A program made the position numbers and the translations under genes. From NCBI RefSeq assembly GCF_000002075.1, contig NW_004797516.1, positions 450,411 to 514,410 of the forward strand: a stretch of 64,000 nt of DNA. The letters are read 5' to 3'. The DNA comes from Aplysia californica. Taxonomy: Eukaryota. Below the pieces are notes generated by a model. It was not told where the DNA came from. It saw only the letters and a program-made list of their open reading frames with translations, and made no database searches. This document shows positions 26,379 to 39,529 of this stretch, piece by piece. Each line of letters starts with the position of its first letter. The first letter of the stretch is position 1.

Positions 26379-27664
26379 ACTTATGTAATGTACTACATTT
26401 TAGTGATCGACACAAAACGTATCATATCCAAGAAGGATATAAAACAAAAAGAAATTTTTAAACAACAATGATTGAAGTTGAAGCATACATCCATCATTTT
26501 ATTGATAATTATTGTCCAAAATGATACAGTTAAGCAAAAAGGCTTCCAAAATTTAATGTAAACTTCAAACTGCAGGAACAGAATAACCTCTGTATACTAT
26601 GTGAAATATATAATAAGATTTTGCAAGTCTTCTGAGGTATGTGCACTTTTTCTAAATATATATACATATATTCATAAAAAATAGTTGCCAACAAAAGAAT
26701 GAACCCTGTAAATCTGTGCCAATTCCCTTGTATCGCCAGCTTGCAACTCAAAACCATTCACACCCTTTACTTCCAGATAGTTGTATTGTATATGAATCAC
26801 ACAGATGTAGGCTTACAGTAAACTAGTAAAAGAAGCACCGGGATGTCAGGCGCAGACTACAGTTTCTGGAAATTTGTCTGGTATTTCTCCTGTCCTGAAG
26901 AATTCTCACACCTATATATATTGTGGACCCCCACAGCTCAAAGGAACTGGAGTTTGGAACCACAATTGTACAATTTACTTAAGCAAGCCATACATGACTT
27001 TGTTAAAATGAGAAGCTAGGACATTATGGGGCTGTCTCTGAGGGGAGCTGCAAGACATTCAAAAATCAAATCATTTGGCTGAAATCTTGCATGTTCAAGT
27101 CATTGTGTGGTATTTAGTATCAAATCCCCCCCACCCTCACCTAAAAAACTCCCCCAAAAAGCTGGTGTCTCAGTATTCTCTAGAATTCTGGCTATGCTAG
27201 AAAGGCTCATCACTCAAAATCAAGGGGTGTGAAAGTCAAAACCATGTAAATAATCTGACTTACAATCTTTATTTGTATTTAATACTAGTATGCTTCAAAG
27301 CAAATAATTTCATAGAACAATTTCTTGACTTCTTTTCAAGAGTAAAAAAAAAAGCATTATACATGCCTGTGACAATAGTACAACATGATCAGGTTAAGAA
27401 ATAAACCTTCATGAGTCGAAACAAACGGTAGTGCAATTATCATTCATTATTCAGTAGTCTAAAAATATAAACGATACAACAAAATCATGACTTCTTAGAG
27501 ACAAAAGCAGACCCATGGAATTTAAAAAAAATAAAGGAGCAATGAATGTATCAACAAATTTTAAAGTGCAGAGAATAGTGGCAGACAAATAAAATATTAA
27601 GCGTGTGCTAATCTTGTTGAATTGGCAAGGTTAGTCGAGTCTAAATTCAGTCAAGAGAAGATAT

Positions 27665-29485
27665 TTTAAAAAATAAATAACTTGCTAGGTGCATTTAGAA
27701 AAGAGCTCAAGAATGTGAAGAGTTCCAGGCTAGAGCAGCTTTATCAAGAGGAGAATCCGTTTTAATTGAGCAAATATGCTCGAGTTGTGTGTGAATGTAA
27801 ACAGGTTGAAGAAAGTGAAGTTGTTTCTTGACTTTCAACTGAGGATGGGGACACTATGGAAAGATCAAGCAACTGGCATAAGAATAAAAATAATAGGAAT
27901 AAATATGGCCTCTAATCCCTCTAAGCGCTGTTCAATGCAGAATTATAACTCATCTTAACAGTCAAATTAAAGGACAGAAAATGCACTTTGTGCCACTATT
28001 TAAGAATACACACATGCGCACGCGCACTCACACACACATTACTCCTAGTCCCACACAAGACTCCAGGGTACGGACAGAGAGATATGGTAAACAGACACAT
28101 CTCCCAGGCTTCAACATTTTGAATTGCTTTTAATTAAATGAACTTTTGAATTGCTTTTANNNNNNNNNNNNNNNNNNNNNNNNNNNNNNNNNNNNNNNNN
28201 NNNNNNNNNNNNNNNNNNNNNNNNNNNNNNNNNNNNNNNNNNNNNNNNNNNNNNNNNNNTGTGTATGTGTGTGTATGTGTGTGTATGTGTGTAGTAGTAG
28301 TAGTAGTATAAGGTTTTACGGCGCTCGCAACTGCTAAGGTCATATGAGCGCGCGAAACACAAGTTGTTCACCTCTGCGAAAGTTCACTTCACGACTGGTA
28401 ACTAATTTATTTTAAAATGCTAAAAAGTTAAAATATTCAAATTCGGTGTAAATACATTTGTGATCTAAAACAACTTTTAAGTAACAATAAAAATTTTAAA
28501 TAATATCAGATTCACTTTACAACTCGCCATAAAGGCCAATGGCCTTTATAAAATTTAAAATTCTGCTGGGAACAACGACGGAGAAAATATCCTGCAATTT
28601 CTTGCATTTATAATATTTCCTTCGGATCTCTCCAAAGTCCAGACATTCTGTTAAAATGTGTCTAATGGTAAAATCTGTGTCGCATCCGACACAGAACGGC
28701 TTCTCCTCTCCCTGTAGGAGGTATTTGTGAGTCAGGGCCGTGTGTCCGATGCGCAATCGAGTAAAAATGACTTCGTCTCTTCTGGAGAGGTCCGAAGGAT
28801 TTCGCTGTTCTAGTCTGGGTTTAATTTCATATAATTTATTATTTTTCTGGTTTTCCCAGTGGCTCTCCCACAGACTGGAGGTGTACTTTTTGACTTTATT
28901 TCTAAAGTCAGTCTGTGGGAGAGTGTTTGTCGTTGATCCCAGCAGAAGGGATGAAGCTTTTTTAAAAAATAAATAACTTGCTAGGTGCATTTAGAAAAGA
29001 GCTCAAGAATGTGAAGAGTTCCAGGCTAGAGCAGCTTTATCAAGAGGAGAATCCGTTTTAATTGAGCAAATATGCTCGAGTTGTGTGTGAATGTAAACAG
29101 GTTGAAGAAAGTGAAGTTGTTTCTTGACTTTCAACTGAGGATGGGGACACTATGGAAAGATCAAGCAACTGGCCTTTACACTTGTTTTTGGTCTAATGGC
29201 ATAAGAATAAAAATAATAGGAATAAATATGGCCTCTAATCCCTCTAAGCGCTGTTCAATGCAGAATTATAACTCATCTTAACAGTCAAATTAAAGGACAG
29301 AAAATGCACTTTGTGCCACCATTTAAGAATACACACATGCGCACGCGTACTCACACACACATTACTCCTAGTCCCACACAAGACTCCAGGGTACGGACAG
29401 AGAGATATGGTAAACAGACACATCTCCCAGGCTTCAACATTTTGAATTGCTTTTAATTAAATGAACTTTTGAATTGCTTTTAATT
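27665..29485 (+). repeat. ~500-bp direct duplication (27665-28158 and 28961-29485) flanking a gap and the LINE fragment
   Basis: Near-identical copies. The second has an extra 27 bp bounded by TGGC microhomology. Confidence 0.9.
28290..28957 (-). mobile_element. 5'-truncated I/Nimb-clade LINE: ORF2 C-terminus, 3' UTR, stem-loop and (TAC)n tail
   Basis: The ORF has RRDEVIFTRLRIGHT..HKYLL..CVGC....TIRHILTEC (CCHC knuckle). The 3' end is GCGCTCATATGACCTTAGCAGTTGCGAGCGCCGTAAAACC plus (TAC)n. Confidence 0.88.
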
Positions 29486-29514
29486 AAATGAGTTGTGTTC
29501 ACGGGGCTGTAAAA

Positions 29515-30562
29515 CACTTACAATAAATACATACAAACGTAATAGTCGCTTGGGCAATCATAAGAACAAAAGCAATGAAGACATCAACATACATCATGCT
29601 CAATCATGCACTTACAATAAATACATACAATCGTAATAGTCGCTTCGGCAATCATAAGAACAAAAGCAATGAAGACATCAACATACATCATGCTCAATCA
29701 TGCACTTACAATAAATACATACAATCGTAATAGTCGTTTGGGAAATCATAAGAACAAAAGCAATGAAGACATCAACATACATCATGCTCAATCATGCACT
29801 TACAATAAATACATACAGTCGTAATAGTCGCTTGGGAAATCATAAGAACAAAAGCAATGAAGACATCAACATACATCATGCTCAATCATGCACTTACAAT
29901 AAATACATACAGTCGTAATAGTCGCTTGGGAAATCATAAGAACAAAAGCAATGAAGACATCAACATACATCATGCTCAATCATGCACTTACAATAAATAC
30001 ATACAGTCGTAATAGTCGCTTGGGAAATCATAAGAACAAAAGCAATGAAGACATCAACATACATCATGCTCAATCATGCACTTACAATAAATACATACAG
30101 TCGTAATAGTCGCTTGGGAAATCATAAGAACAAAAGCAATGAAGACATCAACATACATCATGCTCAATCATGCACTTACAATAAATACATACAGTCGTAA
30201 TAGTCGCTTGGGAAATCATAAGAACAAAAGCAATGAAGACATCAACATACATCATGCTCAATCATGCACTTACAATAAATACATACAGTCGTAATAGTCG
30301 CTTGGGAAATCATAAGAACAAAAGCAATGAAGACATCAACATACATCATGCTCAATCATGCACTTACAATAAATACATACAATCGTAATAGTCGCTTGGG
30401 AAATCATAAGAACAAAAGCAATGAAGACATCAACATACATCATGCTCAATCATGCACTTACAATAAATACATACAGTCGTAATAGTCGCTTGGGAAATCA
30501 TAAGAACAAAAGCAATGAAGACATCAACATACATCATGCTCAATCATGCACTTACAATAAAT
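29515..30562 (+). repeat. 94-bp minisatellite, 11 full copies plus a partial copy
   Basis: The unit CACTTACAATAAATACATACAGTCGTAATAGTCGCTTGGGAAATCATAAGAACAAAAGCAATGAAGACATCAACATACATCATGCTCAATCATG starts every 94 bp from 29515 to 30549. Confidence 0.97.
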
Positions 30563-30939
30563 AAATACCATATAATTTTAGTCATAATGGCAATTGTAAC
30601 AGCAAACCAGGGGTGAACGTGCCGGCCATGCATTCGTGTGGATGGGTGCCTGGGCTGCAATTTTCTTTGCATATTGAGATTCGATATAATAATTAAATTA
30701 ATGATTATGTCTTAAAAAGTATATTTCAGCAACACTGCATTTTTGATCATGCTGCGATGGGAATTTTTATATACTGAAACTAATTATTTATAACATGTAA
30801 TTTATTCAATTGACAGTTTCTTTCCACCCAACCCCCAACCCAAAAGAAGTTGACCAAGCCCTAGTTCTTATCGTCTCATCAAATATATCTCCATGCTCGG
30901 CTTTATTTTGGGTTGTTGTTTTTTTTGTTCAGATAAGAT

Positions 30940-33900
30940 GAAGAGATGAAGACAGCAAAAGATGCTCGGGACTTAACAAGATTAATCGCAGAAGGCAGCT
31001 CATCATGTTTAATTAAACGCCTCAGCAATTAATTTGCTTACAAACCCGAGAAGAAACACACCGTGGAAAAAGAAAGAAAACACCCCCATATGCTATAGTT
31101 ACGCAACAGTTGCTTTCAGAATACTGCACAGACTCTCCGTGTGTTTCGTTTGACAATGTGAGCGCCAACTTACATCACATATACAACAATCAGTACTTGA
31201 AACTTTTACATAATGTTACTCGGAACTGGGACAACCTTTTTTTCAGAAAGAAGAGACTGAGACAAATAGACCTGCTGAGAGTGCCAGTATTTCAGACACT
31301 CAGCCAGTGCCTGTAATTGGATGCGACAACAGTGGACGGTGCACACATGAATGAGATACACGTCACTGCAAACAAGCGCCAACTTACATCACATATACAA
31401 CAATCAGTACTTGAAACTTTTACATAATGTTACTCGGAACTGGGACAACCTTCTTTTCAGAAAGGAGAGACTGAGACAAATAGACCTGCTGAGAGTGCCA
31501 GTACTTCAGATACTCAGCCAGAGACCGAACCACACACAACACAGTCCACCGGTCACTCAGATTTGATAGTTTCAACTCCAGCACATTCAATCTGTGATAA
31601 CGTTTCTTGTGTTTCAACAAAGAAGGCAAACAAAAACCTCTTGGAGACTCTCAAAGCCCAGAAAAAGAGACTTTTTATTTTGAGGAAATACTCAATGGCT
31701 TTCAAACGTTTGCACAAAATAAAAACGATTAACCAAAGAGAAAAGCCTCAGAAGAAAGACGAAATGAAACATTTACGGGCGAGTTTGAAAGAACAGGAAC
31801 AATGTACTAAAAAACTGCAGCAGCAGAACAAGTCTTTTTTTCGAAAGCAAGGAGAATAGTCAAAGGACAATAAAAAAAACTCTTGAAAGAGGTGGAGGGA
31901 TTAAAGAAAGAAGTCCACTCATTGAATAATACCGTTTACAGTGGTAAATGTAAGGTAAAAGTGCTAGAGAAAGAAATTAAAAGAGTCAACTGAAAATTGC
32001 CAGTATCTCCAGAGCTTTCTCAGTGACAACAGTATTGACAATGTGAATGATGTGTACCCCCTGCCAAAGATGGCAATGGCAAAATGTATTCTGTCGACAT
32101 TCATTCGTGTGTGTACTGTACCAGGAATTACTGTGCGATGTGCCTGTTCAGATGTGGAGTACTTATCGCAGAATTTTTGAATATCTTTCTTGGTAAGAAG
32201 TTATCAAGTATTCCAGGCACTAATGTTTGTTCGCAGATGGCCCATGTACGAGTTAGGCGTTCTGACCTCAATTCAGGTCTATGAATTTATTATCAATCAG
32301 AATTCCCTGTGCCTGTAATTGGATGCGACAACAGTGGACGGTGCACACATGAATGAGATACACGTCACTGCAAACAAGTCAGAGGGCTTCAGTGGACGGT
32401 GCACACATGAATGAGATACACGTCACTGCAAACAAGTCAGAGGGCTTGTGTCTAGATGTTCGCCATTTGCCTAGTGGAAAAGCATCAGACTACGTGACAC
32501 ACATAATGTCGGCCCTGACAGAGATAGCAGCCTTATATATTCAAAATACAAAAAGGTGGCTTAAGGGCAAGTGCTAGCAACCATCAAGTCAGCGATAACA
32601 TGTACACTAACTGACAGAGCAGCTGCCAACGCGTGTGTAACACGCCAGCTGTGTGACGAATTGGATTGCCAACTGATGCAGCTGAACTGCAATGTCCACC
32701 CGCTGGACAGCGTGGCCAGGCAATCATAGCAGACCCTTCTGAAATATGACACCCGGCACAACATTCAAGGACTTTGCTTTGGGAACAACGGATCGGCAAC
32801 AAACCTTATCAACGCCATATCAGTGTTGAGATACATAAAGATCATGCAGTGTACTTTTACTTCTATTGTCTTGTTTCTTAATTAAGAATGCCACTCATCA
32901 TTGGCAGGTATTGTGACATGTAGACATACAACAAATACCATGATAAGTCTTGATTAAATAAACCACATATTGGGAATTCATCGTAAAATTTAGAAAAGGG
33001 AGAAAAAATGACTGTCACAGAGATGTCATGTTAATAAATGTGAATAAATAAAAAGCCTCCATGTAGATGAAACATGTTGCATAAACCTTACAAAGGATAT
33101 AATTCTTGTTCACCAACAGCTCTGACTCTTCTTACTCTAATTTTTGCAGAGAAAAATAGATATGATGTGCTCTGAGATCTTTGCTTGGTAATGTCATTTG
33201 CTCCGCCCTAACCCCTTTTTTTCAATCAACGTAAAGTGTTAATATTTGTATACATTCCACCGATTTAAAGATGGCACTGTGGACCCTTTGGGCTTCAAGA
33301 ATTTCCTGAGAGAACACAACCTTCCAGTGGGTACTTTCATACGTTATGTAGGCAACCGCCTGCATGTACTCTTTCATCTGGCTGGCCTTTTGATACTGCT
33401 ACACAGAGAAAAGCTGATGGAGTTCATAGAAAAGAAATGTACTGCAGGTATTAATAAATTGTTGCTGTTGTGGGTGTTCTGTTCTCATCTCTGTCATTTG
33501 TGTAGCTTTCCACATTTAGCAACATTAATAGTATAATAAGTAAGTGTTGAATAGCCACAGACCTGTAAATTTTCAAACTGCCTGATTTCTTCAGGCGGCT
33601 TTGTGTCAAAGTGGAAACAAACAATACATAATATAATCAGAGACTATTATTAAGACTGCTCGCAACTAGTTCTTTAAAGATTTTCTGGTGATTTTTTTTC
33701 CAGATGTCACTTCCGGGTCTTTGTAACTGTAACCATATCCACATGGTCTGGCATTCGCTGAGATAGTGGTGTTGTGACAGGATAGTATTAATCAATTTCT
33801 TCTATCGTATATTTCATATGAAAATGTCTGGTGAACATTTTATTTGAATTTCATGGCACGAATGGGGCCAATCCAGGTTTTTCTTTTTCTCTCCTTGCTT

Positions 33901-35519
33901 AACAGCTGGACTGATTCGCTCCCCTGTGCTGAAGGACTTGAAAAACAGCAAAATTATTTTTTTTTGTTTTTTTTTGTTTTTGTAAAGCGTTTTACGGCGC
34001 TCGCAACTGCATAAGGTCATATGAGCGCGGGACACACCTAATATTTTCAGTTGGTAGGAAATTTTGAAATTTGCCCGGTTGGCGGCCGAAGCCTACTCTT
34101 ATCGATTTTAGACCGCCAAGGGATCTTTAACGTGCGCAACTTGCACACGGGCCCTCCGAGATTTTTCACCCTTGTCCGAGAAGGCTAGGTGTAGATCTTT
34201 CCTACCAGAAGATCAGGGTTGTGCCTGAAAGATGGCAGTAAGAAGAAGCGAAGGAGTAGCAGTAGAAAGGCTGCAGAAAGAATCAGAAGCCCAGAGGAAG
34301 GGGCAAAGGAGGTGAGGGGGTGGGGGCAGAAAGAGGAGACAAAAGCAGACAACAGAACATTGCTAGAGGGCAGGAAATGAGGTGAAAGGAGACAAATTTA
34401 GAGAAGAAAATTGTTCGGTCCCTACACGGATTCGAACTCGGGACCTTTTGAATGAGAGGCCAACACCTTAACCTCTATGCCACGAGAGCCCCCAAAATTG
34501 TTGTTCAAGTGTGGGCTCTTGGAATCATGGGCAAAGTATTCTCTGGGCCTTGGATGACCAGATTCTACTCATCTCATCCGACTGAAATGTCAAATTTGGA
34601 GCTGGTAATCCTTTGAAACTCTCAATTTTTACAGTAGAAATTGTAATCACTTTTATCTCTTCCTTTAAAAAAAAAGGATAGTCATAAACTCAGTAATATA
34701 CATCAGATACAATTAGCTCCACTTGTGTTGAACTCGCTTGAGTTGATCTTCAGTTATATTGATCCTCTTCTGTGGTCCAAGCACCTTCTTTTATCTTTTT
34801 GACAATAAAGATTGATTTGAACTTCCTATGAGTTGACCATTTTTTCCTTTTTTCACTCCCTTGACATCAACTGCTGCGTAGTCGACTACTATCAATAGAG
34901 CACTAAGATGTCCTTTACTTTCTATTAGGAAAGATTTACAAGCAATCTTTGTTTAGAGAGAAAACATTGCATGACTGGATCTGTGACCTGTTTTATGGCA
35001 TCAATGTCTCACAAGAGTATAGCTTTTTCTTGTAAGGTAATTTGCTTTCAAATGTTGTGTTCACAGAGACTCCTCATACGATGCTGTGCTGACAAACTCA
35101 CAGAGTGGATTGATAGTCCATCACTTCTGCTTCAGCCAGCTATAAATGTGTTTGAGGACTAACTTGCTCCGGACAAAGATAAAGTTCTGTCTGCGCTGGT
35201 ATCGTTCTCATCAGAAGAGGAAGCTCTGCAACTGGAAGCCCCCGAGGATCTCCTGACGTCTGTCAACGAGGTACTTAGCCGTCAGTTGGCAGCGTTCCTG
35301 ACCGGGGACTTCGCCAAGCCCACTCCAGAGATGCTCAGCAAAGCTGCCTGTGCACCAAGTAACAACATGGCCTCCGAGAGAAACCTTGAACTTCTGGAAA
35401 AACTTTTGAGGAGGGCTCCAAACACTACCACAGGGTTCCTTTGTGGTAAAGTAAAATGCCGTATGAACAGGACCCTGGAGTGGCTCTGGTCAAAGGAGAC
35501 TGCAGAGCAGGATTCTTTA
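30940..35519 (+). pseudogene. Decayed, apparently intron-containing DDE transposase-like gene (CxxH type, hAT/P-related)
   Basis: Fragments in order: LDATTVDGAHMNEIH, TLTDRAAAN, QLNCNVHPLDS, RYVGNRLHVLFHLAG and APSNNMASERNL. Many stops, frameshifts and duplications. Confidence 0.6.
34030..34490 (-). mobile_element. tRNA-derived SINE (same family as 8625-9070) ending in the shared LINE 3' stem-loop
   Basis: The reverse strand shows GTGGCATAGAGG...GAGTTCGAATCC and GTTAAAGATCCC. It continues into CGCGCTCATATGACC...GAGCGCCGTAAAAC at about 33988-34030. Confidence 0.75.
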
Positions 35520-35936
35520 AGGCCTTCCGCGGGTCTAGGAGGGGGGCGAAAAATCGTCCAAATCATCTCTGCCTTTCAATTCAACAATTGTGAGTTGAGC
35601 ACTTGATGTGAGTGTGTTATCGTATTGATGCATTGTTGAGTCTTGTGTGCGCTATGCACGTAGACTAGATCTAGATCTAGAATTCCAATTAGAGATTATA
35701 CTGTGGGCTTTATCATTTCTCCATGAAATAAGGTGATGTTTGTGCTGTAGTTCGGAAGAGTGGAAATTACTATAGTATAAAAATTTAGTAGTTGGCAGGT
35801 TGGATTCTCCATCCATAGATCTAGAATCTAGATTCAGAGTGATTTCTTACTGAGAGACCACCCAAGCATTGTGATGTTAGGTATCGTATGCAATGACTAT
35901 CTTGGAATATGTATCAAGATAGGGAAGTTGCGTTGC

Positions 35937-36086
35937 GGGAGGAATTCCGTAATGAGCTACCACTATGAAACAGTGTAGAAGTGATGGTTAGGGGTAGGGG
36001 TACGGGTAGGGTAAAGGGTTGGGTAAGGGTTAGGTCTCTCCTGTATTGTATTTGTTGGGGTGGTCGCGCGTTATGGAAGTCTTTCC
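35937..36086. mobile_element. 150-bp MITE with a telomere-like G-rich core and 8-bp TSD
   Basis: TIRs GGGAGGAATTCCGTAATGAGCTACCA / TGGTCGCGCGTTATGGAAGTCTTTCC. TSD TGCGTTGC/AGCGTTGC. An inverted relative lies at 55885-56040. Confidence 0.8.
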
Positions 36087-36174
36087 AGCGTTGCTGAGCA
36101 ACTGTATGTTGATTTTGATATTATTATACTTACGAAGATGTATTTTCTATTTCATTCTCAGCCCATTGTCCGCT

Positions 36175-38067
36175 ATGCCTGCGACAAAGTCTCATTCAAG
36201 AAGTGAGAGCAAACGTGGTCGAACTTCTAAAAGCCGAAAGGAGGCTTTGAAAAAGGCACGAGCAGCAAGACAGATTGAGAAAGTTCCAGATGAGTTGAGT
36301 GCTGAGTTTCAAGTTGCGCAACCAGCTGTTTCAACATCTGGGTCTCCGCCACCATCGTCTTCGTCCTCATCAGTACCTGAAGCAGCCCCGTCTCTTCCTG
36401 TACCAAGCACTTCACTCTCTGCATCATCACGCAAGCTGGCGTATAACGCTGAACGACACGGTGCTTCTTCTGAGTTTCTGGGCTCCACTGTTGTTGAGCT
36501 GGCAACGCTGAGACCTTTGTTTGAGAATTTACTCTGTCCCCAGTGCACGACAGCTTCGTTGAAACTGACCTGTGATTCGAAGAAGACATCCGGACGAGCA
36601 GTATTCCTGGAGATTTACTGCACAACCTGTGAGCAAGCCGTCTCTGTGAACTACACCTCCGGTAAAACCAACAAAGTGTTCACTGTGAATCGCCGTGTCA
36701 TTGTGTCCTCATTGGTGAATGGAAGTGGTTATGCTGGCCTGGCAAAGTTTTGTGAAGCCATGGATATGCCTACTGTCCACCACAAGACTTACCTGAATCA
36801 CCAAAAGAAAATTCACCAGCAGTCAGTGGCCAGCTCAGATAAAATTCTTTTGGATACTCGTGATGCTATCGCTAGAGCATATCCGAAGCAGGAAGGAAAT
36901 GGTGTCCTGGACATTGACGTTTCCTAAGATGGCAGTTGGCACACTCGGGGACACACTTCGAATTCAGGAGTCGGCTGCGTCATAGAAAACCGAACTGGCC
37001 TCGTCATTGACTTTCAAGTGTTGAGCAAACACTGCCACAAGTGTAAGGCGGTCGGGGCACACCTGGAAGGGGAGGCGTATGAGTGATTTTGGACTGCTCA
37101 CAAGGATGAGTGTGACCGTAATCACACTGGCTCGTCAGGCAGTATGGAGCAGAAAGCGGCTGTCATGTTGTGGCAGAGGTCAGAACAGAGGGGCTTCCGT
37201 TACCGGAGTGTGGTCTGCGATGGAGATACCAACACGATCAAGCAGATCAATGAAGTCCAGCCATATGCCGACGTCACAGTTGAAAAGAAAGAGTGCGTGA
37301 ACCACGTCGCCAAGCGCCTTGGAACAGCCCTTAGAAAGCTTGTAGAGGACAAGAAGAAGGTGAAGGTTACCCTCGGGGGGCATGGAAAGGGCAAGCTGAC
37401 TCAGGCCAAGATCGGGAAGGTCCAGAAGTACTACACCAGAGCTGTTCGTTCACACAGCACTGTGGCTGAGATGAAGACGGCAATCTGGGCTTCATTTTAC
37501 CATTGCTCATCGACAAACACCAAGCCACGTCACGACGATTGCCCTACAGGTACACAATCCTGGTATTTTTTTCAGAAGGCAAGCGCCAAGGGGTTGCCGC
37601 ACCCTGACCATGGCAAGCACATGTCGACGTTTATTAGTGAGTTTGTTGCGGAGCACATGATTCCTGTCTACACCCGCCTGACTGATGACGAGCTGTTGTC
37701 CAGATGCACAGGTGGAAATACTCAGAACGCCAATGAAAGTGTTCACTCTGTCATCTGGGCGCGGTGTCCCAAGCATGTTTTCGTTGGCCGACAGACGTTG
37801 GAAATTGCAGTAGGACTTGGAGTGGGTGAGTTCAACCAAGGCGCTGGGGCGGCACACTGCTTTCTCCAAGAACTTGGACTCACGATTGGCGTCAATACCA
37901 AAAAGTGTGGAGGCCAGAGAGACTCTATTCGAAAACGGAAGGCAGAAAAGGCTAATGAAAGTGTTGCGAAGAGAAGGAGGGACATCAGGAGAACAGCGCA
38001 ACTTCGGGAGGAACAGCGGCTTATTGAAGCAGAAGGTGGAGAGCAGTACTCTGCTGGCGGTTTCTAA
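36175..38067 (+). pseudogene. Kolobok-type DDE transposase (~630 codons) with two premature stops
   Basis: One continuous frame: CPQC...CTTC zinc finger, S*DGSWHTRGHTS, TGLVIDFQVLSKHCHKC, NHTGSSGSME, VCDGD, KECVNHVAKRLGT and TQNANES. Stops TAA 36925-36927 and TGA 37084-37086. Confidence 0.88.
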
Positions 38068-39529
38068 ATTGGATTATATTTTCAACAGTGAGTACCAAAA
38101 TGCATGTAGTGTGAAGTCATTTTATTGTTACTTGTTGTTTTTTTTTTTTGTTAATCTAACAGTGAATGGATGTACTCTACTAATTTGCATGATTGGAGTA
38201 TCAAATTTTCCTGTGATGTTCAATTTTTTGCATTTTTGTACTCTTTCCTCGTTTTCTCAGTTCGTGCTTTTTCTTGGGGGGTGGGTTTACAAAGAAGGCC
38301 ATTTCACAGAAACCAATAGTCAGATTGTCTTGCAATTTGGCACACACTTTCACAAGTGCCATGGCTATGCTCTGTATTGTATTGTAGTATAGGGTTTTAT
38401 GGCGCTCGCAACTGCTAAGGTCATATGAGCGCGCGGCTATGCTCTGATAACAGGATTTGATAGTTACTTAATTTTTGTATGAGTTACATTGTTGTTTTGG
38501 GGGAAAAAATTTGAAAAAGGTGTGAATGCTGAAACAACTAGCAGAGCACTTACTTCGACCACCACTGTCAGAAAAATAATGAATCTACAGTAAAACCCTG
38601 TTATACATACATGCCACAGGGTATTATCCATACGCACATGCAGTTTTGTGAAGTTTCAACAAAGGATAGTGGAGATATTACCTTCTTTGTTATGTAATGA
38701 TTTTGATACCCGAGACCCCTAAATGATCCAGTAAAGAGTCAAAAAGAAAACAATTGTGGTAAAACTGTACCAATATGTCAAAAATTAACCCCTTGTTAAC
38801 ATTCTATGATGCCTCAAATCCTTTAAATGCAGGTGATTAATCAAATCACTCTCAATGTAGCTTCCCCCCTTAATTTCTTTTGCTGTGGCAGAGGCACGGT
38901 GTAAGAGAACTCGCCAGTTTCTCCAAAGTAAGTTTAGTAAGATTTTCAGCTCGGAGACGAGGTAGAGGAGGAGAGAGGTGTCCTCACAGCGTGAGAATAA
39001 ACAGAGAAACTGTTATAAGCGGTCTATTAGCCAAGCATTTAAGTCTGGCAGTGCGTGTTCGTTGGACATATAAATGCGACCAGTCTTTTGTGAAACGAAT
39101 AGAAGCATTTATTCAAGAGCCTGTGTCTTTTGTAGGGTCATTAATGATCCATACTGTTGAGCACAAAGAATGGTATGCTCGAATTAACTTTGTTCATTCC
39201 CCAAAGACTTTTTACTTTTACTTTTATCCGCGACCTATACCCTTTTGGGTGTCGCGGGAAGAAAGAGATGTCTCTCTGTCGCCAGCTGGAGAGCATGGGT
39301 CAGGGGGATGCCATGGGCGGAAAACACATTACACTCTAACTCGCCCGGGATCGACGGGGAATTTCCTTACGTGCTCCACTCTAGCTCGCCCGGAACTGCC
39401 CGCGTCTTTAAAAATGTAGTCTGGGATTTTGATTTGCATAGTTATTGCAAAAAGTTTCTTCTTTCGTTTGATGCAGAAACGAAATTTTTGGGGCCAGTAG
39501 TTTTAGTATTGTCACAACAGCAAAACTTG

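Larger units (their letters stand above)
35520..38720 (+). mobile_element. Kolobok-type ('Mutator-like transposase' domain) DNA transposon
   Basis: Begins after TTAA and interrupts the preceding relic gene. Contains the transposase at 36175-38067. The right end near GATACCCGAGACCCCT is approximate because TIR similarity is weak. Confidence 0.65.

Noticed and set aside
29515-30562. CRISPR-like array
   Set aside because: Units are contiguous 94-bp tandem copies with no unique spacers, there are no cas genes, and the context is eukaryotic.
35987-36033. Interstitial telomere
   Set aside because: The degenerate GGGTA/GGGTTA runs are the internal part of a TSD-flanked MITE, not a (TTAGGG)n array.
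38880-39419. 179-aa ORF
   Set aside because: Non-ATG start, no domain similarity I can recognise, and it overlaps probable transposon terminal sequence.
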